This document shows positions 10,701 through 21,599 of a stretch of 64,000 bases of DNA, piece by piece. The translations under genes and the position numbers were made by a program. The notes beneath the pieces were generated by a model. It was not told where the DNA came from, made no database searches, and worked only from the letters and a program-made list of their open reading frames with translations. Each line of letters starts with the position of its first letter. Positions within the stretch are counted from its first letter, which is position 1. This stretch comes from a virus. The DNA lies in the IMG/VR virus record IMGVR_UViG_3300022839_000007, positions 32,001 to 96,000 of that record; one strand, 5' to 3'.

Positions 10701-13700
10701 ATCTCGTAATGACGTAGTTGAGGTTTATGAATACGAAAACACAGCAGGATCATTTATTCCTCCGACTCCTACTAAACTAGGCATGTATCCAAAATACCAG
10801 CCGGGTATTATAGTCGATAATACGTATTCTACTACAACTACAATGATACAAGGTCACGACGGCAGCTTAGTAAAGGCGTATAACGATTATCGAGACGACT
10901 TGTTAATTGAATTAGAAATGAGAATTTTTAATAATATTAAATGTGAATACGATACAACTAAAATTGATATATTTGATTTTGTATCTGGTCATGAACGAAA
11001 TACCGGTATTCCTCAAGCCGATGTTGATGCTATATTACTAGCAGACTTTGCTCAATGGTTAGAAATTGCAGGATCGCCCGATTATAGTAGTAATACTAAC
11101 TGGAATGAATTTGACAATTTTACATTAAATTATTCTAATATGGGAGATAAGTCAGGCAACCCGTTAAATGGATACTGGAGAGCAATATACAAGAAGTATT
11201 TTGATACTGACCGTCCGCACACTCATCCGTGGGAAATGATAGGATTTACCATTATGCCTGTGTGGTGGGAACAGGTGTACGGTCCTGCTCCGTATACTAA
11301 AGATAACACCATATTATGGAGCGACTTAGCAAGCGGTATAATAAAGACTCCGGGACTTCCTGCACAAATAAATTCTAAGTTCATTAGAACAACATTGTTG
11401 TCTAATATTCCAGTAGATGAAAGCGGAAACTTGTTAAGCCCGTTGGATTGTGGATTGGCACAAAATTATGCAATACTATTATCTAAAAATAACTTTGTGT
11501 TTGGAGATCAAGCTCCGGTAGAAACTGCTTGGAGACGCAGTAGCGACTATCCGTTTAGTTTAATAACAGCTTGGTCAATTTTGCAGCCTGCTCATATAAT
11601 TGGACTTGGATTCGATTGCTCTCGTGTTAAACGGGATATTGTTGGAAATTTAGTATATTCACCAACTAACAAGCGTATTCAGTTGTCTGAGTTGGTATTT
11701 CCAACAGTTAATACATCTGATACGTTGGTGTTAACCAGCGGGTTAGTTAACTATGTTGTAGATTTTATTGTTAATAACGTCACTATTAAATATCAAACAT
11801 ACAAGACACAGTTAACTAATAGTAAAAATCAATTAGCAGTTAAACTAGCAGGATTTGCAGATAAAAATAAACTAAAACTAGTGTTAGATAGCAGAAGTCC
11901 GTTGAATAAAAGTAGTGTGTTTGTGCCCGACGAAAATTACCAGATTTTCTTCAATGTAAGTAGTCCGCTAGAAACAGCAGTGTTTAGTGGAATAATCATT
12001 GAAAAAAGCAAAACTGGTTACATTATTCTTGGATACGATAAAGAAAGTCCTGTGTTTAATTACACAGCACCGATTCCTCGTCAACGAGATAGCGCAATTA
12101 CAGTTGGAGGAATAAGCGAGTCCTTTGTTAACTGGAATGAAAATACTCAATATATAGCAGGAAACGTTGTTGTTAACAACGGAACATACTATAGAGCAGT
12201 AACTACTCACACAAGCAACACTGTATTTGATGCAATAAAATTTGCAATATTGCCCTCGCTTCCTATCACCGGCGGCGAAACTGTTTTACTTCGTAAGGAT
12301 TTTGAATCTCAAGTAAGTTCACTTCCGTACGGTACGGTATTAGCATCAGTACAAGAAGTTACCGATTTTATGTTAGGATACGAAAATCATCTTGTAGCGC
12401 AAGGATTTGAGTTTAGTTTCTTCAACAACGATACCGAAGCACTCGAAGACATGAAACTTTGTATTAAAGAATTTATGTTTTGGGTCACACAAAATTGGGA
12501 TATAGGAACAGTATTAACTCTTAGCCCAGCTGCTAATCAACTTAAATTTTCTAAAGAATTTTATGTAGTTGACGACATATACGACGGATTCTATGATATA
12601 AGTATACTTAGTGGAATTGGTACAAGAATAAATTCGGAATTTAGCAACATTTTTAGAAATGACCAGAACGAATTTGGTATCAAGCCTCTAAATACAGATG
12701 ACGGCATTTACCTAGCTAGATTGCCGCTTGTACAAAAAGAGCATATTATATTAATTGATAACGTAACAGTATTCAATGACACCATTTATGATGTTGCTCC
12801 TGGGTATAGACAAGAACGTATAAAACTAGTTGGATATAGAACCGATAATTGGACCGGTGGACTCCATATCCCGGGATTCTTTTATGACAATGCAAAAGCC
12901 ACTGAATGGAATTTATGGTCTGACTATGCAATTGGAGATTTGATAAAATATAAAGAATTTTATTACGTCGCTAATAGCAAGCATTCAAGCACCGACGTAT
13001 TTGATCCCGAGTATTGGAATCAATTAAACAAAAAACCAGAACCTTCATTGTATCCAAATTGGGATTATAAAGTTAATCAGTTCACAGACTTTTATGACCT
13101 TGACTCTGATAATTTTGATACCGAACAGCAACGGCTCGGGCAACACTTAATTGGATATCAACGACGTGCATACCTTGAAAATATTATTACAGATAGTGTA
13201 AGTCAATACAAATTCTATCAAGGGTTTATTCAAGACAAAGGTACTAAAAATAGCTTAACAAAGCTATTTGATGCGTTAAGCGGTGCCGACAAAGATAGTC
13301 TTGAATTTTACGAAGAGTGGGCAATCCGAGTAGGACAATATGGTGCAATTGAAAACAAGTATGAAGTTGAATATCAACTTGACGAAACAAAATTTAGACT
13401 CGAGCCACAATTATTTGAATTAACTAATTCTATTAGTAGTCGTACTGATTTGGTTTATGAAATTGCACCTCATGAAGCAATGTTAAAGCCTAGTGATTAT
13501 ACACATAGTATATTTGAGGAAAAATCTGATATCAGTGTATTTGGGTTCGACAGCGGGTATGTTCGAAACCTTGACGTTAACCTTGTTTCTATAGTTAAGG
13601 ATCAACTAACATTGTTGTCAGTTGATGATATACAAGTAGGAGACTTTGTTTGGATTCAGAGAGAACAACAATCCTGGAATGTTTACAGAAATGTAACAGT

Positions 13701-16700
13701 TAACAATATCGTTACAGACGTAGTAATGTCCTTGCCGACTGATAGATCATTTGATAATGCACTAGCAGACTTTAATAACGGATTTACTGTTTACTTTGAA
13801 CATCCGGTTACTGAGTTTAAAGAAGACGACATTATCGGTATACGTTCTGAGTTTATTTCAGCAAATGGATTTTTTAAAGTCAAGGAAGTATTCTTAAATC
13901 AAGTAGTAATATTATCTAACGTTCCTGTTAGTCAAGAAAGTTATAACGATAGTATAGTAAGCGGTGTTAGTAAGTTTGTAAAAAGAAGATTTGCAAATGC
14001 AGCCGATCTAAATTCTACTATTGAAAATATTATTCACAATCCCGACGATAAGGTATGGATTGATAATACAGGCAATGGAAATTTTGGCGTATTTGCTAAC
14101 AATCCGGTATTTTCGCTGCAAGAAGAAACAATTAACTCAACTACAACGGCCGACAACTTTTCGTCAAGTTTTGCAGTTAATAAATCAAACACTGTTGTAG
14201 TGGTAAGCAAAAACAATCAAGCAGAAGTATTTACAAGAAATGCAGAAAGCTTTGCAAAAATATTATTACAAACGTTCTTACCGGACAATGCGATTGCTGC
14301 TAATACAAATTTTGGTGCAGATGTTAGCATCAGTGCAGACTCTCGGTACATAGCAATAGGAGTACCGGATGCAAGCAATGCAGTAACGTATTATAAAGGA
14401 GAATTAGATCCGTTGTCTACTTACAATGTAGGCGATATAGTAAGCGACAGAGGTGCTCTTTGGAGAGCAAATAATACTATAACCGGAGACAATAGCACTA
14501 TTGCTAATTTTTCTCAAGATTGGGAACCAGTGACATTGTTAACAGCAAATGCATTTGGAACTCCTAGTTCGCTAACTAATCAAGGACTAGTTTATATTTA
14601 TAAACTTAATCTTCAAACAAACACGTATTTTTTACAACATGTAATAGTAAGTCCAACTCCTAGGACTAATGAGCAGTTTGGATATAAAGTTGAATTAAGA
14701 CAAACTGCGGCCGGAATCACGCGATTATTTGTCGGAGCACCGGGCGAATCCGGCGTGGATCAAGGACGTATCTACTTCTTTGAAACTGATTATAATGATA
14801 TATGGAGCAATACTAGAAATCGTAATTACAAGGGCGAATGGTCTGCGTTGATATCTTACAACGAAAATGAAATTGTATCGTTTAACGGAATATTAAAGCA
14901 GTCAACTACAAATAATGTTGTTGAAAGTCCGTCAATCAGCAATAAGTGGATAGACATTGACATCGTGGAATACTCTGGATACATTCCTCAAGGTGCATAC
15001 ATATTAGAAGATGCAGATTCAACCGCTGTATACAACCTGGCTACGAATGTAGGTACAACGTTTGATGTAAATGCCACCGGTGATATACTAGTACTTTCCG
15101 CTTCAGCCGACTACGAGTTACTTGCACAGGATGTTAGTATTAAGACTGATCGAGTTTCTATTTTTGAAAATCAAGGAAGATGGAAATTTCTTCAATACAT
15201 AGATGCTGAAGACAGTACAGACGACTTTGGGTATGTGATATCAATAAACGAAACTGGAAACAAAATTGCAATTGGTGCACCTACAAACGACGATCAAGGA
15301 ATTGATCGCGGAGTAGTATACATCTACGAGCGAGCTACTGTCAATTCCGTATCGACATATAGCGTGGTACAAATACTGCAAAGCCCGTTTGCAGAAGAAA
15401 ACGAGGCATTTGGTACAGGAATTGATTTTAGTCATTCTCGTTTGGCAATTAGTGCAAAAAATGCAGACATGATTTTAAGTACTACATTTGACTCGTATAC
15501 TCAATTGGAGTTTGTAATAGTCGGCGAAGACGGGTTTGACAATCCGATTTATTCAAGGTATGTGCTGGATAATAGTAGTAAAGAAAAAGATATTAGCACT
15601 ACTTATGACGGAAACAATACTAAATTTTCCTCTATTATCAAAGATACTGGAAGAATAATTATTTTTCAAGAAATTGGAAATTCATTCATGTTTGCCGAAG
15701 TGTTAAACTATAATAGAAACACTAAATTCAACGACGTGTCAAATTTTAAATTAAACAACAATCACATATATATCGGACTTCCAAAATTAGACCTGTCTGA
15801 CGTTACAGATGTTATATTACCTATTGAATATGCAACGTCGACTACCGATGTTATTGGTCTTTTAGCAGATTTAAGAGCTATTCCGACTACTAATAGTTGG
15901 GAAATAATTTCATCACAGTCTGGAAAAATTAACCTAGCAACTGTTTCAAAAGCGTTCCTATACAGCAAAGAAAGCAATGATATAATTGCCAACTTGGATA
16001 TACTTGACCCGAGACAGGGTAAAATTCCAGGCGTTGCTGATCAGGAAATTAGTTTTAAAACCTTCTACGATCCTGCAATATATAGCGTCAATCAAAATAA
16101 CAAAACAGGAATAACAGTTGATGTTAATGCAAACTGGACTGACAATTATGTAGGAAAACTATGGTGGTCAATTGGAAGTGCAACCTGGATTAATCCGTAT
16201 CAAGGCAGCGTGCATTATCGGTCCGCAAATTGGAATATGCTAGCTGATTCAGGTAGTATTGAAATATACGAATGGGTAAAGACAACATTAACTCCGTTGC
16301 AATACCGTGCTCAATCCGATACAAGTGCAGGATTTGCAAATGGAATAAGCGGTACGCCAAAGTTTGGCGATACTATCTATAGTTCAAGTATTGATATAGA
16401 TTCAATTAGTGGAAAAACTACTGAATTTTATTATTTTTGGGTACGAAATAATAAAATAATTCCAAGAAATGTAAAAAGAAGATTGAGTTCGTTTGACATC
16501 GAACAGTTGATACTAAATCCGTCAACTAATGGTTACCGATACATTGCACCGTTAGGCACTGATCAGTTTGCATTGCATAACATTCAAAGTTTAATTAGTG
16601 GTACAGATACTATATTACATATTGAATTTGAACGTAATGAATTATTAGAAACAAATATTCATAGTGAATATGAACTATTAACCGAAGGATTGGACATATC

Positions 16701-19700
16701 TACACCTAGTTCTGCAATTGAGCAAAAATGGTATGACAGCTTAGTTGGATACGACTTGGCAAATAATCCAGTGCCCGACACAGAACTACCTGCTAAACAA
16801 AAATATGGTATATTAAACTCCCCGCGACAAAGCATGTTTATCAATCGCCTCGAAGCTGTTAAACAATTTGTAGAAAGAGTCAACGACGTACTTGTTAAGA
16901 CGCAGATAGTAGACAATTATGTAATTGATCAGCTAGTTCTAAAAGACGAAATTCCGTTAGCAAGTATCGGTAGATATGATAGTGTAGTTTCTACTGTAGA
17001 CGATCTTCGATTTGTAGGTGTAGCAAAAGTACAACAAGCAATCTTGCTACCTATAATTGTTGATGGTAAGATTTCTGATGTTACTATAATTTCTGCAGGT
17101 CGAGGTTATAAGATTTCTCCGCAAGTTAAGATTAGTTCTAACTCCGGAAAAGGTGCAATTATAAAAACTGAAATTAATAGTATAGGACAAATAATAAAGG
17201 TAACAATCTTAAATCAAGGTAAAAAATATAGCAACGATACTACATTAAATGTAAGAAAATTTAGTGTATTAGTAATTGCAGACGCTGCATTAATTGGAAG
17301 ATGGGCAATATATACTTGGTCCTCGATATCACAAACGTGGGACCGTACTGACAATCAATCATTTAATACTTCTAATTATTGGGAGTACCGGGATTGGTAT
17401 GCAACAGACTACAGTAACTTGACTTCTATTGATTTAACAGTTGATCAGAGTTACGAATTGTTTGCAGCCAACGATGCAATTGGCGACATTGTAAAAATTA
17501 ATACAATTGGCAGCGGCGGCTGGCTGTTGCTAGAAAAAATCAACGATCGGCTAACTGAAGATTACACAATAAACTATAAAACTGTAGGTAGAGAAAATGG
17601 AACTATTCAATTAGCAACAAGGTTGTACGACTATGCAACTGTTACAAGCGGATACGATGCATTAATATACGATAACGCATTTTATGACAGAGAGCCAATT
17701 ATAGAATTAAGAAATATATTAACTGCACTCAGAGACGATATTTTTATTGGAGATTTAGCGGTTGAATATAACAAAACCTTCTTTGCAGGACTACGATATG
17801 CATTTAGCGAACAAGTAAACGTTGACTGGGCATTTAAAACTAGCTTTATACGGGCAAAGCATAACGTAGGCAAATTGTTGCAAAAAGTTACATTTCAAAA
17901 CGATAACCTTGACAATTACGAGGACTACGTAAAAGAAGTAAAACCATTTAGTTCAAAGGTTAGAGAGTATATCAGTTCGTACAACCACGTTGAATCAACT
18001 AGCAGCTTAACTACCGACTTTGATATACCTCCGAGTTATAATGTAGATAATAATACTATTGAAACAATATCAGCACAAGTAAGCAATGGCGAAGTAATTG
18101 GAATAGTTCAAAAATATATGAATTATCCTTACAAAAGTTGGGTAGACAATAACGGGTACGAAGTAGTAGAGATTAAGGTATCTAATTCTGGATCAGGATA
18201 TACGCAAACCCCAACTGTGGTAGTTGAAGGTGATAGCACTACTGCAACTGCATATACAAGCAAAGGAAAAGTTACTTCAATTGAAATTACAAATACCGGA
18301 AACAAGTTTTATAAGGCTCCGTTAGTTACAATTAGCGGAACACAAACTGCTGGCGGACAGGTTGCTACTGCGGTTGCTATCTTAGGTAACGGATTAATAA
18401 GAACTGCTCACTTAACTATTAAGTTTGATAGAACACAAGGCACTTATTCGTTAACCGACTTGAATGTTACTGAAGTATTTTCTGGCACTGGTGCTAAACA
18501 AGAATTTAATCTCAAGTGGCCAATGAATATTAGATCAAATAGTTTTAGCATTTATATTAATAATAGAATACAGCTAAGTAGCAACTTTGAAGTTTCTAAT
18601 AATTTAGATACATCTAAAGGATACGCCCGACAAATAGCAAAAATTAAGTTTATCACTGCTCCGCCGGTGAATAGTGTAGTAACTGTTAATTATAAAAAAG
18701 ATGTTACTATATTAAATGCTGCAGATAGAATTTATTCATTCTATAATCCAACTTCGGGAATGCCAGGTAAAGAACTAGCACAACTAATGACTGGAGTTGA
18801 ATACTCGGGAGCAATATACGATGGTAGCGGATTTGGAAACGCACAAGGGTGGGATCCTGAGTCTCAATTTAGTCAAGGGTTCGGCGCAACTCCATGGGAT
18901 ACATTTGATAAGACGTACGATGACGAGATATTTGTATTAGACGGAAGTACTAGCGTATTAGAACTTGCTACTCCGTTAGAAAACGGAGTAGAATATAATG
19001 TTTATCTAAATAATACTCGGCTCGACGATCCTGAGTTTAGTACAGGCGGCGTAGTTTCAAATCCAAATGCAGTAATGCAAACTATAGTAGGCAACGGAAT
19101 AACAACTGCTGTTAATATTGAAGATATTGGAACTGTTGTAGATGCTGATATTATTATTATTAGAAAATCTACCAGCGATGGTAGTTTTACTCCAAATGAA
19201 ACATTGTATGATACTGCGTTGCAGGGCGGCAATTTGGCATATAATACCGCAACTGGGCTAGCAAGCGAAGATATTGTAGTCGACGGCGACAGTTTTGTTA
19301 CTCAAACTTCGAGTAAAGGTCCAGAAGAATTGGTACCTGGGCAATTATTAGATACTCTTGATATCCAAGTGTACCATAAGCCCAGCAACGGTATTGGAGT
19401 TATCGGAGTTGCAAGTTATCGCGTTATTAGCGAAACATCAACCTTTAAGTTACCACAAGTTCCAAACACTAGCGACAGCTTAATTGTCAAACTCAACGGC
19501 GAAATTCTTGCTCAAAATATGTACACAGTTGATTGGAAAAATAGAACAATAACAACTATTGAACCGTTAGTTTTTGGTAATCTAACTATTACTACTATCG
19601 GTACAAACGGAGTTGGTATTCTTGATAATATAACTGTAGAAGCAGTAGGAAACACTGACACTTACATTAGTAATGTGTTATATAATGACCAACTTTCGGC

Positions 19701-21579
19701 ATTAATAACAGTAAACGGAAAAGTATTGCTTAATATTGATGATTATCAGTTAAGCAGCACCTCAACTGGATGTTTACAAATTATGTTAACTAATGGTACT
19801 ACAGTTAGCGGAGATATAATTCAATATACTGTTTACAATTCAATTTTACAGCAATATAGCACGGTACAAATTGACAATACATTTATACCAGACGGAGTAA
19901 CGGTATATCATACGTTTGATACAGACGGTCCTATTCCGTTTGAGTCAAAGCCGTTTTCTCACAATATATTAATTAAAAATGATAATATCATGTTAAATCC
20001 TGGATATAGCATTTCTCATACTGCAACGCTGGAAAGAGATTATAATATAGAATCGTGGCAATTTGATAATACAATTTCTATTTTATCGTCGGATGTAATC
20101 GTATATGTTAATAACAAGAAGTTAACAGATACCGAAGTTACATACGATCCTGTTAATTTTAAAATACAATTGATACGTGAAGATATTGCTCCGCCGGGTA
20201 GTAGGATAGATATATTTGTTATTACCGATGCTGATTATTATTTTGTTGATACTAAGATTACATTTTCAAATAATAATTTACAAAATATTGCTACAGTAGG
20301 CTCGCCTATAACATTTGAACTAGGTAACTCGACTGTGTATACTGGGGTAGTAAAAACAGTTTCTAATAATAGCATCACACTCGAAGCTTACAGACCCGAT
20401 ATTACAACTGCATTTGTATTTGCGTCAACTGTTATAATAGGCTCAGGAAATACTAGTCTTTCTACTCAAATTAGTAATGTTGAGTATGTAGAGAGCGATA
20501 GTATGACATTTGCAGTTGCTCCTGAAATTAACACTAACATCGAGATCTATACATTTAGTAATCACGATATCAACAACTTTTCGCGCATCACATACGATGT
20601 ATTGATAAAATCTTCAGTAACCGAAGGAACATCTGATTTTATCAAGCGTAATCTATTAACAAGAGGTATTATAAAGTTACCAACATCGTCATACGGAACT
20701 CCTTATGTGTGGGTAATAGTCAATGGAAAGTTACTTACTCCTTACGCTGACTACACTGTAGTTGATTCGTTGGATGCAGTACAATTAAAAATAGTACCGA
20801 TGGAAAACGATACTGTGGATGTATTACAGTTTGGCTCAAATCCTGTTATTCCACAATACGGATATCGCATCTTTAAAGATATGTTAAATAGAACACATTA
20901 CAAACGTCTTAATCAAGACAACAGCTATGTGTTGGCAAATCCACTTAATTACTACGATGCAAGAATAATGTTAACTGATACTACTGGAATTTTTCAACCT
21001 AATAAACAAAAAAATGTCCCAGGTGTATTATTTATTGACGGAGAACGGATCGAATATTTTGAAATTAGCGGAAATGCATTGTTACAATTAAGAAGAGGTA
21101 CACTAGGCACCGGAGTCAAAGCAGTACACCATAATGGATCAATATTATTAGGCCAGGGTCCAGACGAAAATATTTCGTACCAAGATAAAATGCTGCATCA
21201 AATCTTGTTATCTAACGGTACTACTACGTATAACTTAGACTTTGTTGCTGACAATATTAATGAAATTGAGGTATTTTTAGGAGGAACCCGTTTGAGAAAA
21301 TCGGCAATAGAAGTTTATCAGTCCAATATCGATCAAGATAGTAACGAAGGAAATATAACAATTCCGGCCGAGTTTAGTGTGACTGGGTCGTTAATATCAA
21401 TTGAACCAAGAAATGCATTAACTGGAGAAATAATTAATCCGTTATTATGGAATAACCAACGTATTGAGATTATACGAAAGATCGGACAAGTATGGAACAC
21501 TCCAGGAAAGACATTAGCAGATTCGGATAACTTAATAAGTAGATTCTTACGTGGCGCAACAATACGCTTGCCGAAATAA
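7762..21579 (+). CDS. Giant (4605 aa) virion structural protein, baseplate wedge/fibre-anchor type
   Basis: Uninterrupted 13.8-kb ORF right after gp6; FG-GAP-like repeats (FGADVSISADSRYIAIGVP, FGYKVEL...VGAPG, FGYVISINETGNKIAIGAP); CBM5/12-like W..YxxGDxV motifs; SGSGYT/AGRGY repeats. Confidence 0.8.
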   Translation: MAFEKDQTDITLPVNGTGDISAVNFLPKYFRTDINRKFINSTIDQMIKPGVVEKINSFTGRRYARATTVNDSFLSDVTATRENYQFEPVMVYKDTLNNVEFYKDYNDYLGQLTTFKGTTSNHSILNSQEYYAWNPHIDWDKFANFREYYWLPNGPDVVSVSGQSTSVVSTYTVGIVFDADNYAYVFTPNGFTRNPKLKLYKGQTYRFDIDTPGHPFALAISRVFNDQDPGIEYAPSNLSTLYNKGVVKYQYDAEGKLVISNEEYIEKGVIEFTVPDDVPDTLFYLSKNSVDTSGIIATYTILAASEINVNEEIVGKRSYKTANGIQLSNGMKLYFQGTVTPDEYSKGFWYVEGVGSAIKLVSDQSLEVPAIFTSKFNVPFDTFGFDQYPFEDASSFPGTKDYIVINRSSPDRNPWSRYNRWFHKDVITASAMANNRVANINQDARAKRPIIEFEAGLKLYQHGAKAKNNVDLVDTFTTDVFSTIEGSLGYNVDGVDLVDRMRVLFTADTDILVQGKIYQVKFITHNARRQITLIETVDTDPVLDDTVLVLMGNTQAGNMFYYTGIKWKIAQDKTSINQFPLFDLFDKDGISYTDNTTYPSSSFRGNTLFGYRLGTGTPDTELGFALSYRNISNVGDIVFDFSLLTDTFGYQSELHQTSLVNTDTSFLRKYNAFGTEFSYENGWKKAVAKSSQAVINSQIITNKLNNFPIDVYDNSATVTDLIIKIWVNGSRKYQDIDYIVSSNNNIAYIDFNRELAETNLLLIKTYSSANKNANGFYEIPINFEKNPLNDNITEVTLGEVNDHINSIADGHPEFIGIFPGASNLRDISKLASYGTRFVQHSGPLNLALYNLTDKDANLIKSLKFARREYAKFKRQFIYEANKTGFHGSARDHVDLILQTLAQTKTEARPFYFSDMVAIGTALKTLHLVEYPDAVFFALNRSFNLSTLSINAVTVYLNGIQLLHNKDYIFVDTFVKILNNLSRNDVVEVYEYENTAGSFIPPTPTKLGMYPKYQPGIIVDNTYSTTTTMIQGHDGSLVKAYNDYRDDLLIELEMRIFNNIKCEYDTTKIDIFDFVSGHERNTGIPQADVDAILLADFAQWLEIAGSPDYSSNTNWNEFDNFTLNYSNMGDKSGNPLNGYWRAIYKKYFDTDRPHTHPWEMIGFTIMPVWWEQVYGPAPYTKDNTILWSDLASGIIKTPGLPAQINSKFIRTTLLSNIPVDESGNLLSPLDCGLAQNYAILLSKNNFVFGDQAPVETAWRRSSDYPFSLITAWSILQPAHIIGLGFDCSRVKRDIVGNLVYSPTNKRIQLSELVFPTVNTSDTLVLTSGLVNYVVDFIVNNVTIKYQTYKTQLTNSKNQLAVKLAGFADKNKLKLVLDSRSPLNKSSVFVPDENYQIFFNVSSPLETAVFSGIIIEKSKTGYIILGYDKESPVFNYTAPIPRQRDSAITVGGISESFVNWNENTQYIAGNVVVNNGTYYRAVTTHTSNTVFDAIKFAILPSLPITGGETVLLRKDFESQVSSLPYGTVLASVQEVTDFMLGYENHLVAQGFEFSFFNNDTEALEDMKLCIKEFMFWVTQNWDIGTVLTLSPAANQLKFSKEFYVVDDIYDGFYDISILSGIGTRINSEFSNIFRNDQNEFGIKPLNTDDGIYLARLPLVQKEHIILIDNVTVFNDTIYDVAPGYRQERIKLVGYRTDNWTGGLHIPGFFYDNAKATEWNLWSDYAIGDLIKYKEFYYVANSKHSSTDVFDPEYWNQLNKKPEPSLYPNWDYKVNQFTDFYDLDSDNFDTEQQRLGQHLIGYQRRAYLENIITDSVSQYKFYQGFIQDKGTKNSLTKLFDALSGADKDSLEFYEEWAIRVGQYGAIENKYEVEYQLDETKFRLEPQLFELTNSISSRTDLVYEIAPHEAMLKPSDYTHSIFEEKSDISVFGFDSGYVRNLDVNLVSIVKDQLTLLSVDDIQVGDFVWIQREQQSWNVYRNVTVNNIVTDVVMSLPTDRSFDNALADFNNGFTVYFEHPVTEFKEDDIIGIRSEFISANGFFKVKEVFLNQVVILSNVPVSQESYNDSIVSGVSKFVKRRFANAADLNSTIENIIHNPDDKVWIDNTGNGNFGVFANNPVFSLQEETINSTTTADNFSSSFAVNKSNTVVVVSKNNQAEVFTRNAESFAKILLQTFLPDNAIAANTNFGADVSISADSRYIAIGVPDASNAVTYYKGELDPLSTYNVGDIVSDRGALWRANNTITGDNSTIANFSQDWEPVTLLTANAFGTPSSLTNQGLVYIYKLNLQTNTYFLQHVIVSPTPRTNEQFGYKVELRQTAAGITRLFVGAPGESGVDQGRIYFFETDYNDIWSNTRNRNYKGEWSALISYNENEIVSFNGILKQSTTNNVVESPSISNKWIDIDIVEYSGYIPQGAYILEDADSTAVYNLATNVGTTFDVNATGDILVLSASADYELLAQDVSIKTDRVSIFENQGRWKFLQYIDAEDSTDDFGYVISINETGNKIAIGAPTNDDQGIDRGVVYIYERATVNSVSTYSVVQILQSPFAEENEAFGTGIDFSHSRLAISAKNADMILSTTFDSYTQLEFVIVGEDGFDNPIYSRYVLDNSSKEKDISTTYDGNNTKFSSIIKDTGRIIIFQEIGNSFMFAEVLNYNRNTKFNDVSNFKLNNNHIYIGLPKLDLSDVTDVILPIEYATSTTDVIGLLADLRAIPTTNSWEIISSQSGKINLATVSKAFLYSKESNDIIANLDILDPRQGKIPGVADQEISFKTFYDPAIYSVNQNNKTGITVDVNANWTDNYVGKLWWSIGSATWINPYQGSVHYRSANWNMLADSGSIEIYEWVKTTLTPLQYRAQSDTSAGFANGISGTPKFGDTIYSSSIDIDSISGKTTEFYYFWVRNNKIIPRNVKRRLSSFDIEQLILNPSTNGYRYIAPLGTDQFALHNIQSLISGTDTILHIEFERNELLETNIHSEYELLTEGLDISTPSSAIEQKWYDSLVGYDLANNPVPDTELPAKQKYGILNSPRQSMFINRLEAVKQFVERVNDVLVKTQIVDNYVIDQLVLKDEIPLASIGRYDSVVSTVDDLRFVGVAKVQQAILLPIIVDGKISDVTIISAGRGYKISPQVKISSNSGKGAIIKTEINSIGQIIKVTILNQGKKYSNDTTLNVRKFSVLVIADAALIGRWAIYTWSSISQTWDRTDNQSFNTSNYWEYRDWYATDYSNLTSIDLTVDQSYELFAANDAIGDIVKINTIGSGGWLLLEKINDRLTEDYTINYKTVGRENGTIQLATRLYDYATVTSGYDALIYDNAFYDREPIIELRNILTALRDDIFIGDLAVEYNKTFFAGLRYAFSEQVNVDWAFKTSFIRAKHNVGKLLQKVTFQNDNLDNYEDYVKEVKPFSSKVREYISSYNHVESTSSLTTDFDIPPSYNVDNNTIETISAQVSNGEVIGIVQKYMNYPYKSWVDNNGYEVVEIKVSNSGSGYTQTPTVVVEGDSTTATAYTSKGKVTSIEITNTGNKFYKAPLVTISGTQTAGGQVATAVAILGNGLIRTAHLTIKFDRTQGTYSLTDLNVTEVFSGTGAKQEFNLKWPMNIRSNSFSIYINNRIQLSSNFEVSNNLDTSKGYARQIAKIKFITAPPVNSVVTVNYKKDVTILNAADRIYSFYNPTSGMPGKELAQLMTGVEYSGAIYDGSGFGNAQGWDPESQFSQGFGATPWDTFDKTYDDEIFVLDGSTSVLELATPLENGVEYNVYLNNTRLDDPEFSTGGVVSNPNAVMQTIVGNGITTAVNIEDIGTVVDADIIIIRKSTSDGSFTPNETLYDTALQGGNLAYNTATGLASEDIVVDGDSFVTQTSSKGPEELVPGQLLDTLDIQVYHKPSNGIGVIGVASYRVISETSTFKLPQVPNTSDSLIVKLNGEILAQNMYTVDWKNRTITTIEPLVFGNLTITTIGTNGVGILDNITVEAVGNTDTYISNVLYNDQLSALITVNGKVLLNIDDYQLSSTSTGCLQIMLTNGTTVSGDIIQYTVYNSILQQYSTVQIDNTFIPDGVTVYHTFDTDGPIPFESKPFSHNILIKNDNIMLNPGYSISHTATLERDYNIESWQFDNTISILSSDVIVYVNNKKLTDTEVTYDPVNFKIQLIREDIAPPGSRIDIFVITDADYYFVDTKITFSNNNLQNIATVGSPITFELGNSTVYTGVVKTVSNNSITLEAYRPDITTAFVFASTVIIGSGNTSLSTQISNVEYVESDSMTFAVAPEINTNIEIYTFSNHDINNFSRITYDVLIKSSVTEGTSDFIKRNLLTRGIIKLPTSSYGTPYVWVIVNGKLLTPYADYTVVDSLDAVQLKIVPMENDTVDVLQFGSNPVIPQYGYRIFKDMLNRTHYKRLNQDNSYVLANPLNYYDARIMLTDTTGIFQPNKQKNVPGVLFIDGERIEYFEISGNALLQLRRGTLGTGVKAVHHNGSILLGQGPDENISYQDKMLHQILLSNGTTTYNLDFVADNINEIEVFLGGTRLRKSAIEVYQSNIDQDSNEGNITIPAEFSVTGSLISIEPRNALTGEIINPLLWNNQRIEIIRKIGQVWNTPGKTLADSDNLISRFLRGATIRLPK

Positions 21580-21582
21580 ATA
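21575..21582 (+). promoter_or_regulatory. T4-like late promoter (AATAAATA)
   Basis: Consensus match overlapping the stop codon, ahead of the next structural gene. Confidence 0.6.
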
Positions 21583-21599
21583 CAGTATAAGGTGTAACA

